IMG/VR virus record: IMGVR_UViG_3300043418_000072
Span: 186,001 to 250,000 of that record
DNA length: 64,000 bases
Strand: one strand, 5' to 3'
Shown: in pieces, positions 18,233 through 27,091 of the stretch
Numbering within the stretch: the first letter of the stretch is position 1
Layout of the letters: each line of letters opens with the position of its first letter
Made by a program: the position numbers and the translations under genes
Notes under the pieces: model-generated
What the model was told of the DNA's origin: nothing
The model's input: the letters and a program-made list of their open reading frames with translations, nothing else
Databases searched by the model: none

Positions 18233-18772
18233 TTAGGTTATTCGGGGATTTCCGAATACAGTTTCAATTGCCATTCCGCTGTGCAGCTTGCGTTGGTAGG
18301 TTCCGTGGTCAACCATCTTTAAATGCGGATCATTGAATAAGAACTTCAGCAAGTGCTCGCTGTCTACCATTGGTACTGGTAAACGCTTTAGGGTTGTCCG
18401 CATAGCATCACTACTTTCAATCCAGAAACCTGGCTTGTTAAGCAACTGAGTCACTTTGTTTATCACACGGTCTTTGCTTTGTTTTTGTCCATCGTGTCCA
18501 ATACCTTGGATCTTATATCCAACCCATTGCTCGTTTGCTCTAGGACCACGATAAAATACACACGCATCAACTTCGGGGTCGGCGTCCCAGTCAATGACAT
18601 TCCAATCGCTTGGGATAACGTCTCTGATGCTGGTAACAAAACTGCCGTGTGCAGTAGAACTGTATGCGTTGTTAACTAGATCAATTAAATTGTCACCGAG
18701 CTCTTGCTTATCGGCATTGGATACAACTAATTCCCATAGATTTTTAGGCAGGCTAACTTCTGTAATACGCAT
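18233..18772 (-). CDS. hypothetical, probable internal head protein
   Basis: MRITE leader; ATAAATA 5 nt before ATG. Confidence 0.65.
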   Translation of the reverse strand: MRITEVSLPKNLWELVVSNADKQELGDNLIDLVNNAYSSTAHGSFVTSIRDVIPSDWNVIDWDADPEVDACVFYRGPRANEQWVGYKIQGIGHDGQKQSKDRVINKVTQLLNKPGFWIESSDAMRTTLKRLPVPMVDSEHLLKFLFNDPHLKMVDHGTYQRKLHSGMAIETVFGNPRIT

Positions 18773-18779
18773 CTAGTAT

Positions 18780-19094
18780 TTATAGCATCGTTCCGGTCTT
18801 GGGAAAACGGTAACGCACATCCTTGCCTATGCTAATAACACAAGCTGCTTCTCTGTCAAACTCAATAATAGTATATGAGCCAGTTTCCTTATTAAGGTAC
18901 AGAGCCATTGCAACGTCGCTCATATTTGAAGTTGTGCCCATTACCATTGGCTCTTCTCCGTACTTGTCTTTAAGATCCTTCATTAGGACTTTAACAGGAA
19001 AACACACAATCTTCTTGTTTGTTTCTACTGGTTTTTGTGCATAGGATGCAGCACATGTTAGGGCAAGACAGAGAGCAATAAGGTATTTAGACAT
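18780..19094 (-). CDS. secreted hypothetical protein
   Basis: Start reassigned to MSKYLIALCLAL (signal peptide); C...YGEEP...N.ETGSYT...AC. Confidence 0.7.
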   Translation of the reverse strand: MSKYLIALCLALTCAASYAQKPVETNKKIVCFPVKVLMKDLKDKYGEEPMVMGTTSNMSDVAMALYLNKETGSYTIIEFDREAACVISIGKDVRYRFPKTGTML

Positions 19095-19102
19095 GCAAAT
19101 AC

Positions 19103-19255
19103 TTATCGTACTCGCTCCCACCACGCAATGAAAAACAGAATCCCGATTATAGCCCACTTAGTTAGTCCAATTGATAGCGCAAGTAGGACAGTATACGCTG
19201 ACCCTACTCCTTGTTCTAGCAACCATGCTAGAATACTTTGTTTTTTCTTTTTCAC
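19103..19255 (-). CDS. small membrane protein (50 aa)
   Basis: GTG start; MKKKKQSILAWLLEQGVGSAYTVLLALSIGLTKWAIIGILFFIAWWERVR fills the gap between neighbours. Confidence 0.5.
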   Translation of the reverse strand: MKKKKQSILAWLLEQGVGSAYTVLLALSIGLTKWAIIGILFFIAWWERVR

Positions 19256-19257
19256 AA

Positions 19258-20040
19258 TTATCGTCCGATGTACTTTTTAGGTGACATTTCTAATCGACGT
19301 TGTTCTTCCGTTTTTGGTACCCATCCGGTACCGTACTGTGGATATTTTTGAATCCTGTCTTCTACAACATACATCATTAGCACAATGCTAAATCCTATGC
19401 CGAGAATCATACCAATGGCGCCAACTCCTTCAATGAAGTATTTGTCCATTAGTTGTTTTTTACGTTTTGCTGCAATCTCTTCGTTGCGCATCTTGCGAGC
19501 AATAAGCACACGCTGGGTTTGACCCATGTGCTTCATCATTTGTTCGACTTCAGTGTAAAGAGCACCTAATTCAGGCGGACTCTGATAAACCATGAGCTCA
19601 CGTAGATCCACACTCATTTGTTCTAGCTGCTTACGCATTAGAACACGTTGCAGAGCACGTTTACCTAGAGAGGCATCACCGGTGTATACTTCGTTTTCGG
19701 CACGGCGCTCCTCTTCTTCCATAATAGCCAAACACTTATAGAAGTTGTCGTAGTACTCTCCTAGCTTTTCCCCAATTTCAGTATAGACACCAGTATGCTG
19801 GCCTTCGTTGGCTTTCTTGTTTAGCTCAACGACTTTGTTCTTTTCTTGTATGAACTGGTTACGCTGCTCTACTGTGGCTGGCTTTTCTGGAGGGTGAAGT
19901 TTCTTAAATTGATCGTCGAGATCTTTAAGTACGTCTTTAACTTCGCCTGCGGCACCCTTAATATCCCTGTATAATTTGCAGCCAGCCTTAACTGCGGAGA
20001 CAGCTCCGTTAGCAAGTGCAAAGAGGGTTAATGGATCCAA
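19258..20040 (-). CDS. coiled-coil membrane-anchored hypothetical protein
   Basis: MDPLTLFALA N-terminal helix; C-terminal TM segment; AGGAG RBS. Confidence 0.75.
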   Translation of the reverse strand: MDPLTLFALANGAVSAVKAGCKLYRDIKGAAGEVKDVLKDLDDQFKKLHPPEKPATVEQRNQFIQEKNKVVELNKKANEGQHTGVYTEIGEKLGEYYDNFYKCLAIMEEEERRAENEVYTGDASLGKRALQRVLMRKQLEQMSVDLRELMVYQSPPELGALYTEVEQMMKHMGQTQRVLIARKMRNEEIAAKRKKQLMDKYFIEGVGAIGMILGIGFSIVLMMYVVEDRIQKYPQYGTGWVPKTEEQRRLEMSPKKYIGR

Positions 20041-20108
20041 AGCGCATCTCCTGTTATTATTATTGTTAGAGGGCTACCCTAACTTATTTACAGGAGGTTT
20101 GCTCTAGA

Positions 20109-20417
20109 TTAAATGCTGCTAATACGTTTTAGGATTTCTTCGTAAAAACTGTCAACTTCGCCGCCAAAGCGCCCAATAAGGTGTACGCTTAGGTCATGGC
20201 ATATCTTGTAGTCCTTACGGTTAAGTGCTTCCACAAAGTCACAATGCAGCTTAGTTGAGTGCTCGATTGTGGTAATTTCTGTTAACGCGATTTTCTCTGC
20301 AGGGATTACACAGAATACTTCAAGGGGCTTGCCCTCAACCTCAAGAGTTTCTAGTTCTAGTATAGTGTAACGTTCCCGTAGCTGTTCCGCCACATCTTTT
20401 CCAAAGATAAGTTGCAT
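20109..20417 (-). CDS. conserved hypothetical protein
   Basis: Clean ORF; YTILELET...DSFYEEI. Confidence 0.75.
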   Translation of the reverse strand: MQLIFGKDVAEQLRERYTILELETLEVEGKPLEVFCVIPAEKIALTEITTIEHSTKLHCDFVEALNRKDYKICHDLSVHLIGRFGGEVDSFYEEILKRISSI

Positions 20418-20418
20418 T

Positions 20419-20979
20419 TTAATTTCCTAACACGTTTGATGGTGTAAACATGCTATCCCACAAATCTACTTTAATAAAGGATTTGTGCTGAAATCGAGCC
20501 ATAGTTGTAGTATCATTGACGTTACCAATTGGCTTATTCCCGACTAGAGCAGCATATTGACTAATTAGTAGTTGCTCTGCGTAATAAACTTCGTAATCAG
20601 GCGTGATTGACTCAAACTTATAATTAGTAAAGTCAAATACCTGCACAGTTACAAATTGATGATCGATATCGTGGTTGTACGAAGTTTTAAAATCTTCTTC
20701 AATATAAACCCAGTCAGCGCCGCTTGATCCACGGATACGTAGCGGTCCCCAGCTTTTGATATGTGCAATTTGTCGATAGAGCCTGTCGCCGGGATCCGCA
20801 GATCTAGCCTTAGGTGCGCTCATACCGAACTTAATCACAATATCCTTATACTTAATTTTGTAAACATACTTTTCGATCTTGTGTTTATCAAAATAATGTT
20901 GAATTTCGATTGGTGCATTCATCTTAGATACATCAAGAAAATGCTGAGGAACCTGATTCCAGTTGATATTAAATTTCAT
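20419..20979 (-). CDS. degenerate GIY-YIG-like protein
   Basis: YVYKI...IKFGMS...R...E..L...PIGN; ATGA-coupled start at 20979; AT-rich. Confidence 0.5.
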   Translation of the reverse strand: MKFNINWNQVPQHFLDVSKMNAPIEIQHYFDKHKIEKYVYKIKYKDIVIKFGMSAPKARSADPGDRLYRQIAHIKSWGPLRIRGSSGADWVYIEEDFKTSYNHDIDHQFVTVQVFDFTNYKFESITPDYEVYYAEQLLISQYAALVGNKPIGNVNDTTTMARFQHKSFIKVDLWDSMFTPSNVLGN

Positions 20980-21506
20980 CGTTTTTCTAATCCTAATTTG
21001 CAGAACACTTGCTGCACTGCGTTTGCTTGACTCACGCAATCTTCTAGCGCATTGTGCAAACCAACTTTGCCCTTAACACGTGGGTCACCGTGTACTTTAA
21101 ACAAGGTGCGTGAGTCTGCGATCTGCCAGAACTGCCAAGGTGTAGGCCATCCGTATTGCTCGTACAAGTTTTCAAGAATCGCAATGTCAAACACAGGACC
21201 TTGGCACCAAATGTTATTTACGCCCACTAAGAACTTGTTGAGCTGGCGATACATATCCTCTACCGGTATACGTCCTTCAGTACCCAGTGCTTCTTCACGC
21301 ACATCCTCGGCTTGCTGCATCCACCATTGCAGTGTATCTTCTTGGACCGTTCTACCACGGGCAATTTGTTCGTCTGCATCTGGACGGATATACAAACCCG
21401 GGCCCGGATCCTCCATTGTGTAGGGATTGAATTTAACTGCACCGAGAGTGAGAATTACACACCCCGGGCGAGTACCTAAAGTTTCTAAATCGAGCATTAC
21501 ATCCAT
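20976..21506 (-). CDS. DEDDh 3'-5' exonuclease (Rv2179c/exoribonuclease-like)
   Basis: MLDLETLG, WCQGPVFD, DSRTL, HNALED. Confidence 0.9.
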   Translation of the reverse strand: MDVMLDLETLGTRPGCVILTLGAVKFNPYTMEDPGPGLYIRPDADEQIARGRTVQEDTLQWWMQQAEDVREEALGTEGRIPVEDMYRQLNKFLVGVNNIWCQGPVFDIAILENLYEQYGWPTPWQFWQIADSRTLFKVHGDPRVKGKVGLHNALEDCVSQANAVQQVFCKLGLEKR

Positions 21507-21526
21507 GCTATATTATATGCTGCTAG

Positions 21527-22678
21527 TTATAGATTGTCAATTGACTTGCCAACCAAATAGAATTTACTGTAGCAACCGATTAGTCCCTTAGTGAAGTCAC
21601 CGCCGTTGCACCAACTGGTTGGAACTTGTTTTGACAAGTCGCTCAGACCATTAAGCCATTTTGAGTACGCAGGGATAGCATCGCTTCTAAACCAATACTC
21701 ATTTTCTTGGAACATGGGATTGTATGGTTTCTTTACTTTAAACAAGATATCACTGTTGTGGGGATAAATTAGATCGTTGACAATGGAGTAGTATTGTTCT
21801 GGTACCAATGCGCCATACTTACTGTGATCAAGTTTATCCCTTAGGTCAGGGTGTAAATCAAACCATGCACAAATGACCTGTGCTTGCTTTGCTAGCATTT
21901 CGGGTAAGTCGGGAGTCCAATAAAACAACTCGTCGTTTTCCCAATAATGGTCGTTGGTTTGATTAAAGTCCCCCACGCTGATACTTAACTGTATGTCTAA
22001 GAAATACAAGTAGTAGGCATTGTCTTTGTAACAGATTCGTGGCTTGTCAATGCCGTGAATAAACCCGACTCTACGACCTGCATCGTATTGCTGTAGGTAA
22101 TTCTTTGTGGCATTGTGCAGCAAGATGTTCTTGGGCATAGACGAGTTATAACGCACACCTGGGTTGAAATCATCAATCCAATTTGGGTTATTGTAATAGT
22201 CTAAGAGATCATCAGTGTAGTCGTATAGAGTTACTTTTGTTCTAGTATCTATGTCTAGTTTCTTAAGCATTGGTAACGCTTGAAAATCAATTTCACTGCG
22301 CAAATTCCATGCTTCGTCGCTGGCACTCTTAGTGGACTCAGTGCCCTTAAACGGACCGAAGATCAATATCTCATCAATGAAGATGTTGTTGTCGTGAAAT
22401 GCACGTAGGATAGTGTAGCTATCAATGCCGCCGCTGAAGCAAAGCACAAGGTAATCATACTTGTCCCTAAGTTGCTGCGCCCTAATGCGATACAACTCAC
22501 TTAGTGAAATATCAACAGGTTTGGTCCAGTTGTAGTTTGAAAACGCCGACTCGTTGAAATTCCAGTGAGGATGGATGCCGGACTTTGAGTGTTCAGTGAT
22601 AGCATCAATTTTTCTGTAGAACTTCTCGGGTCCTACCTGATAAAATCCACGTTTATCGTATTCAATCGAATTTGACAC
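21527..22678 (-). CDS. PP-loop (adenine nucleotide alpha-hydrolase) protein
   Basis: LCFSGGIDS PP-loop; GIDKP. Confidence 0.7.
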   Translation of the reverse strand: MSNSIEYDKRGFYQVGPEKFYRKIDAITEHSKSGIHPHWNFNESAFSNYNWTKPVDISLSELYRIRAQQLRDKYDYLVLCFSGGIDSYTILRAFHDNNIFIDEILIFGPFKGTESTKSASDEAWNLRSEIDFQALPMLKKLDIDTRTKVTLYDYTDDLLDYYNNPNWIDDFNPGVRYNSSMPKNILLHNATKNYLQQYDAGRRVGFIHGIDKPRICYKDNAYYLYFLDIQLSISVGDFNQTNDHYWENDELFYWTPDLPEMLAKQAQVICAWFDLHPDLRDKLDHSKYGALVPEQYYSIVNDLIYPHNSDILFKVKKPYNPMFQENEYWFRSDAIPAYSKWLNGLSDLSKQVPTSWCNGGDFTKGLIGCYSKFYLVGKSIDNL

Positions 22679-23549
22679 GTTGCTTTATTTTCCGAAAGTT
22701 TGATGCTAATTCTTCTAGCTGATTGGGAACTGTTTTTACTGGGCGATGGTCTAGTTCTAGCAAGCGTTCTGCAACTACCGGTTGAGATACAATTTTTCGA
22801 ATCTTTTCTATCATTACAGGATCAGCAGTCTTGTTAGCAATTAGGATGGACCAGCGGGTATACCCATAATCATTAATGCCAAGTTCGCGCAATGTTGGTA
22901 CGTTAGGATTGGCTGGCAACCGATGTGCAGACATTACTGCCAGTGCCCTGATTTTTCCAGATTTGATATAAGGATCCATAATTGACTCAGCTTCCATCAT
23001 GTAATCGATCTGGCCGCCCAGCACATCTACTAGAGCTTGTGCTTGTCCTTTATAGGGTACGCTAGTAAACGTACCTTGCCCGTTGCCAACAATGGCTCCT
23101 GCAATGTGCGTCCCCGACCCAATGCCACTTGTGCCGTAAGTAACAGGCCTAGAGCGTGAAATTTCAATCAGTTGCTTGAGAGTCTTTGCAGGATGGTTAT
23201 TGCTCACTACCAACATAGAAGCTGAATTTCCTAGATGCTTAATGACCACAAAGTCACTAAACTCGTATTCAACATTAGCTTCTCCGATGTTATCAGTGAG
23301 TCCATTACTGGCAATCATAATAACTGTCTCATTGGTTCGCACTTTAGATAGGTAGTTGTACGCAATAAATCCACCGCCACCTAGTTTGTATTCCAAGTTG
23401 GTGGCAACACCGTTTTCTTCTAGTGCAGTTTGCACAGTCCTAGCTACACGATCACTAACGCCGCCGGGCTGATACTGAACAATTATTTTAACTGGTTGAG
23501 CAAACGCAGAGCTTGCAACTAATACCAATGCGGCTAGAATTAATTTCAT
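22662..23549 (-). CDS. Bug/TctC tripartite tricarboxylate transporter substrate-binding protein
   Basis: Signal peptide; IIVQYQPGGVSD, YGTSGIGSGTH, VPYKGQAQALVDVLGGQID, PNVPTLRELG. Confidence 0.92.
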   Translation of the reverse strand: MKLILAALVLVASSAFAQPVKIIVQYQPGGVSDRVARTVQTALEENGVATNLEYKLGGGGFIAYNYLSKVRTNETVIMIASNGLTDNIGEANVEYEFSDFVVIKHLGNSASMLVVSNNHPAKTLKQLIEISRSRPVTYGTSGIGSGTHIAGAIVGNGQGTFTSVPYKGQAQALVDVLGGQIDYMMEAESIMDPYIKSGKIRALAVMSAHRLPANPNVPTLRELGINDYGYTRWSILIANKTADPVMIEKIRKIVSQPVVAERLLELDHRPVKTVPNQLEELASNFRKIKQRVKFD

Positions 23550-24017
23550 TTATTTTGTCTTTTTGGTTTCAGCTGCTGCAACTCGTTTACGCAGGCTGCT
23601 ACTAGAGAAACTGTGATCTCTACTGTTAAAGATATGCTTGACACCAATGTGCGAACCTTCTGCTCGACCTGTAAAGTCTTGGCTCTCGTATTCCACACCT
23701 AAGATGCGCACATCAATGGGCAAGATGAGAATCAAGTCACGCAGGTCTTGTTCAGTTTGGTACACAACAATTTCGTCAACAAAGCGACATGCACTTAGTT
23801 GGATTTGTCGTTCTACTACACTTTGAATAGGCTTGTTTTTGGTATCAGGGCGATCGATTGTGGCATCTGTTTGCAATCCTGCAATCAAGTAATCACAATG
23901 GTTCTTGGCTTCTGCCAACATGGCAATGTGTCCTGCATGTAGCAAGTCAAATTGACTGAAGGTAATGCCAATGACTTTACCTTCATCTTTGAGCTGTTTG
24001 ATCTTATTGAAAATCAT
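23550..24017 (-). CDS. cytidylyltransferase (TagD/RfaE-like)
   Basis: FDLLHAGH (HxGH), C-terminal SSSSLRKR; start reassigned to MIFNKIK. Confidence 0.9.
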   Translation of the reverse strand: MIFNKIKQLKDEGKVIGITFSQFDLLHAGHIAMLAEAKNHCDYLIAGLQTDATIDRPDTKNKPIQSVVERQIQLSACRFVDEIVVYQTEQDLRDLILILPIDVRILGVEYESQDFTGRAEGSHIGVKHIFNSRDHSFSSSSLRKRVAAAETKKTK

Positions 24018-24220
24018 GCTATTAAATGTTTCTTTCTCTCTTTGAAGTCTGCGCAATGGGCACACTTCTTAACCTGCACAATATAGTTGCCTTTATATGT
24101 GCGAACCTCTTTGGTATTGTCCCACTTGGTCCATTTATGAAACCCAAAGCTGCACCAGCAACTAGTTACCAATGGATCGTCGCCCTTTAGTACTCGGAAT
24201 GTGTTTTCTTCTTCATTCAT
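24014..24220 (-). CDS. small Cys/His Zn-binding hypothetical protein
   Basis: CSFGFHKWTKW...CAHC. Confidence 0.65.
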   Translation of the reverse strand: MNEEENTFRVLKGDDPLVTSCWCSFGFHKWTKWDNTKEVRTYKGNYIVQVKKCAHCADFKERKKHLIA

Positions 24221-24473
24221 CGTCGTCGGTGGTTTCTGATAATTCATCCATACCTTCACCGGTAGTGTGTTGGTATGTTTTGTCGCCTACTATCCATTCG
24301 TCAGTCCAGAAGCGTTGGCTGTTACTGGACTCGGGTGGCGGAAGTAGCGCAAGCATAGTGAATACTTGCTCACGCTCTTCGCCTTCTAGAATTCGAGTAG
24401 TTTTGAGCAAGCCGCAACGTTTTAGAAACGCACGAGCTTCCTCTTTGGTCTTGAACTCTTTGGGTTTGATCAT
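24213..24473 (-). CDS. hypothetical protein
   Basis: Translationally coupled ORF. Confidence 0.65.
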   Translation of the reverse strand: MIKPKEFKTKEEARAFLKRCGLLKTTRILEGEEREQVFTMLALLPPPESSNSQRFWTDEWIVGDKTYQHTTGEGMDELSETTDDDE

Positions 24474-24781
24474 TGATCAGCTTCAAGTTTGACCTGAAGT
24501 GGGAATCCGTTGTTACGTGCAAGCAGTGTGACTTCAACACCTTTTTGCTCTGCAATTTCGTAAGGGAGAGTTGCAACCACTGCCGAACCTTCTTCGTGGA
24601 TTCGCATAGTCAATTGCTCAGAACTGTCATTGTCGTGATTGAAAACAGCCTTCAGCGTCTCGACAACAAATTCCATAGTAGTGGTATTGTCGTTAACGTA
24701 AATCACCTTGTACAAACTTGGTGGCTTAACATCGAAACGTGGTTGGATTTTAATTTGTTGACGAGTTTTGGTATTTGCCAT
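24470..24781 (-). CDS. clpS: N-end-rule adaptor ClpS
   Basis: PPSLYKVIYVNDNTTTMEFVVETL...IHEEGSAVV...EIAEQK...FPLQV. Confidence 0.95.
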   Translation of the reverse strand: MANTKTRQQIKIQPRFDVKPPSLYKVIYVNDNTTTMEFVVETLKAVFNHDNDSSEQLTMRIHEEGSAVVATLPYEIAEQKGVEVTLLARNNGFPLQVKLEADQ

Positions 24782-24797
24782 AATTGAATTAAGTTAA

Positions 24798-24821
24798 ACG
24801 TAGGGCGTCATTGCCCTACGT
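24798..24821 (-). terminator. hairpin downstream of hsp20
   Basis: ACGTAGGGC/GCCCTACGT 9-bp stem. Confidence 0.65.
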
Positions 24822-24834
24822 ATATCACATTATA

Positions 24835-25281
24835 TTACTTTTTGAAAGTAATTGCAATGGATTTTGGTTTCTTTTCTTCCGGAACAACTAGTTCCAGTTG
24901 AACAGAAAGGATACCGTTTTCCACAGTAGCGCCACGAACCTCTACGTTGTCTGCCAACGTAAAATCGCGAACGAAGTTGCGGTTACTGATTCCTTGGTGC
25001 AAGTATGTTGGAGCAGCCGAATCGGCATCCTTGACCTTTTCACCAGTTACAGTAAGAACATTGTCTGCTAGCTCTACGTTGATTTCGCTTTCTGAGAATC
25101 CAGCAACTGCAACTTCGACCACAAAATGGGTTTCGTTAACTTGAACGATATTGTGTGGAGGGTAGTTGCCGCTTTTGCTGTTTGCAAAGGTGCGATTCAA
25201 TTCCTCAAACATGCGGTCAAAGCCAATGGCTGAACGATGTAGGGAAGGTAGGTCTAGAGTACGGATGTTGAATTGTGTCAT
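24835..25281 (-). CDS. ibpA: small heat shock protein Hsp20 (IbpA-like)
   Basis: IGFDRMF, YPPHNI, AVAGF, YLHQGIS.R.F.R.F.LA, NGIL. Confidence 0.95.
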   Translation of the reverse strand: MTQFNIRTLDLPSLHRSAIGFDRMFEELNRTFANSKSGNYPPHNIVQVNETHFVVEVAVAGFSESEINVELADNVLTVTGEKVKDADSAAPTYLHQGISNRNFVRDFTLADNVEVRGATVENGILSVQLELVVPEEKKPKSIAITFKK

Positions 25282-25342
25282 GTTATTCTCCTATTAAGCA
25301 AGTTATGACGTTTAAAATGTAGCCCGATTATCGGCACTACAT
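25277..25342 (-). promoter_or_regulatory. ROSE-like RNA thermometer in the hsp20 5' UTR
   Basis: CUUGCU pairs with AGGAG (bulged G); GUCAU pairs with AUGAC over the start codon; upstream hairpin AUGUAG..CCGAU-A-AUCGG..CUACAU. Confidence 0.65.
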
Positions 25343-25351
25343 GTTTATTTA

Positions 25352-25648
25352 TTATACAGACAAAAAGTCAGTGATCAAATTATTTTGGGCATCTACAACT
25401 TCAATACGTTTCCTGCTGCTGCTATGGTATTGTGGTTTGTAGGTTAGTAAGAAAAAGCTGATACTTGCTGGATCCTCGAGAGTGAGATACAAGTATCTGC
25501 CGTCGTTTTTAAGCGTGTACGGCTGCTGATAACGACTGCCCCATCGCTGCATATCCGTTTGAATAAAGGATATTGCAGTTTGGTTAACGCCAACAGGATT
25601 TCCTGGAAAAATGGTTTCGTCAGCAGGTAATCGAAACCTAACTTGCAT
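25352..25648 (-). CDS. hypothetical protein
   Basis: TGATG-coupled to the rpsU stop; start MQVRFRLP. Confidence 0.6.
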   Translation of the reverse strand: MQVRFRLPADETIFPGNPVGVNQTAISFIQTDMQRWGSRYQQPYTLKNDGRYLYLTLEDPASISFFLLTYKPQYHSSSRKRIEVVDAQNNLITDFLSV

Positions 25649-25881
25649 CAGTACAGTTTCTTTGGCAAGCTCTCTGCTTGCAGTTTCTTTTGCCAACGGC
25701 GCTTGGCTTGTGCTGCTGCCTTCTTGCGCTTGGTAGTTGGCTTTTCGTAAAACTCACGTTCGCGAAGTTCTTGCAACTTGCCACTCTCCATGATTTTCTT
25801 TTTAAATTTGCGCAAGGCTTTTTCAACGTTGTCGTTTTGCACAACTACGCTGCTGCCATAAAGTTTCATTCTTTCGTTCAT
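25648..25881 (-). CDS. rpsU: ribosomal protein bS21
   Basis: VEKALRKFKKK...LQELREREFYEKPTTKRKK. Confidence 0.93.
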   Translation of the reverse strand: MNERMKLYGSSVVVQNDNVEKALRKFKKKIMESGKLQELREREFYEKPTTKRKKAAAQAKRRWQKKLQAESLPKKLY

Positions 25882-25888
25882 TTTTATC

Positions 25889-27091
25889 CTATTCTATAAA
25901 ATTAGGTGGGTCGTTATATTTAACCACTTTGTCAGTAATCTCTATCTTTTTAAAACCCTGCTTTTTAATTTCAGTTAGGGTGTACATATATGGTGTAAGA
26001 GTACGCTCTAAAATACTCTTTAGTCCACGGGCACCAACTTTTTGCTGCACTGCTAAGTCGGCTACTGCTTCAATGGCTTCCGGTGTAAACAGTAATTCCA
26101 CTTCGTCTGACGAGAAGTAAAACTTCATCTGTGCAAGCAAGTTGTTCTTAGGTTCAGTTAGAATCTTAACAAAGTCATCCTTGCTTAGTTCGTCAATTTG
26201 CACAGAGATTGGGAAACGTCCAGTAAACTCCGGTATCATCCCAAACTTTTGGAAATCGTCCGGGGTCACTTCTGTAACATCAATTTGGTCTTCATTGGCT
26301 GAGTTGAATCCAATACTGGTTCCTCGCTGCCTACGGTCGACAATCTTAGGTAGTCCAGCAAAGGCACCGCCGGCAATAAACAAGATCTTGCTGGTATCAA
26401 TTTCCACTTGATCCATTGCTGGATGCTTCTTGCCACCATTTACACTAACCTTGCACTTGGTACCTTCTACTAGCTTGAGTAGAGCTTGTTGTACTCCTTC
26501 GCCGCTTACGTCACGAGTTAGGCTAGCTGATTCACTTTTACGTGCAATTTTGTCTACTTCATCAAGGAAGATAATACCTTGCTCACAACGGGCAACATCG
26601 TATTCTGCTGCTGCTAGCAAGCCCGAGATGATGCTTTCAACATCATCCCCTACATATCCTGCTTCGGTTAGTGTAGTTGCATCTGCTACAACAAAGGGCA
26701 CGTTTAGATAACGTGCGATTGTTTTGGCTAGTAGTGTTTTACCTGAGCCAGTTGGGCCGTGAATTAGAATGTTTGACTTTTCTAGTTCAACTGAACTTTC
26801 GAAGAAGATGCGTTTGTAGTGATTAACCACTCCCACACTAATTGCAATTTTGGCAGCGTCTTGGCCGATAATGTATTCGTCTAAGTGCTGTTTGATTTTG
26901 ATTGGATCAAGTGCCTTGCCAATTTTCTTATCCTTGCGAATATGATCGTTAGCTTCTTTGTTAATGATGTTGCTACAAAGCGTGATACATTCATTACAAA
27001 TGCCCGCGTCGTTGGCTACAATTAACTTCTCAACTTCATTACGGCTTTTACCACAGAAGTTACAGTGGATCGGTTGAATGGTTTCGCTCAT
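25889..27091 (-). CDS. clpX: ClpX AAA+ unfoldase
   Basis: CNFCGK..ICNEC zinc-binding domain, [39 protein letters not shown] loop, GARGL. Confidence 0.97.
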   Translation of the reverse strand: MSETIQPIHCNFCGKSRNEVEKLIVANDAGICNECITLCSNIINKEANDHIRKDKKIGKALDPIKIKQHLDEYIIGQDAAKIAISVGVVNHYKRIFFESSVELEKSNILIHGPTGSGKTLLAKTIARYLNVPFVVADATTLTEAGYVGDDVESIISGLLAAAEYDVARCEQGIIFLDEVDKIARKSESASLTRDVSGEGVQQALLKLVEGTKCKVSVNGGKKHPAMDQVEIDTSKILFIAGGAFAGLPKIVDRRQRGTSIGFNSANEDQIDVTEVTPDDFQKFGMIPEFTGRFPISVQIDELSKDDFVKILTEPKNNLLAQMKFYFSSDEVELLFTPEAIEAVADLAVQQKVGARGLKSILERTLTPYMYTLTEIKKQGFKKIEITDKVVKYNDPPNFIE

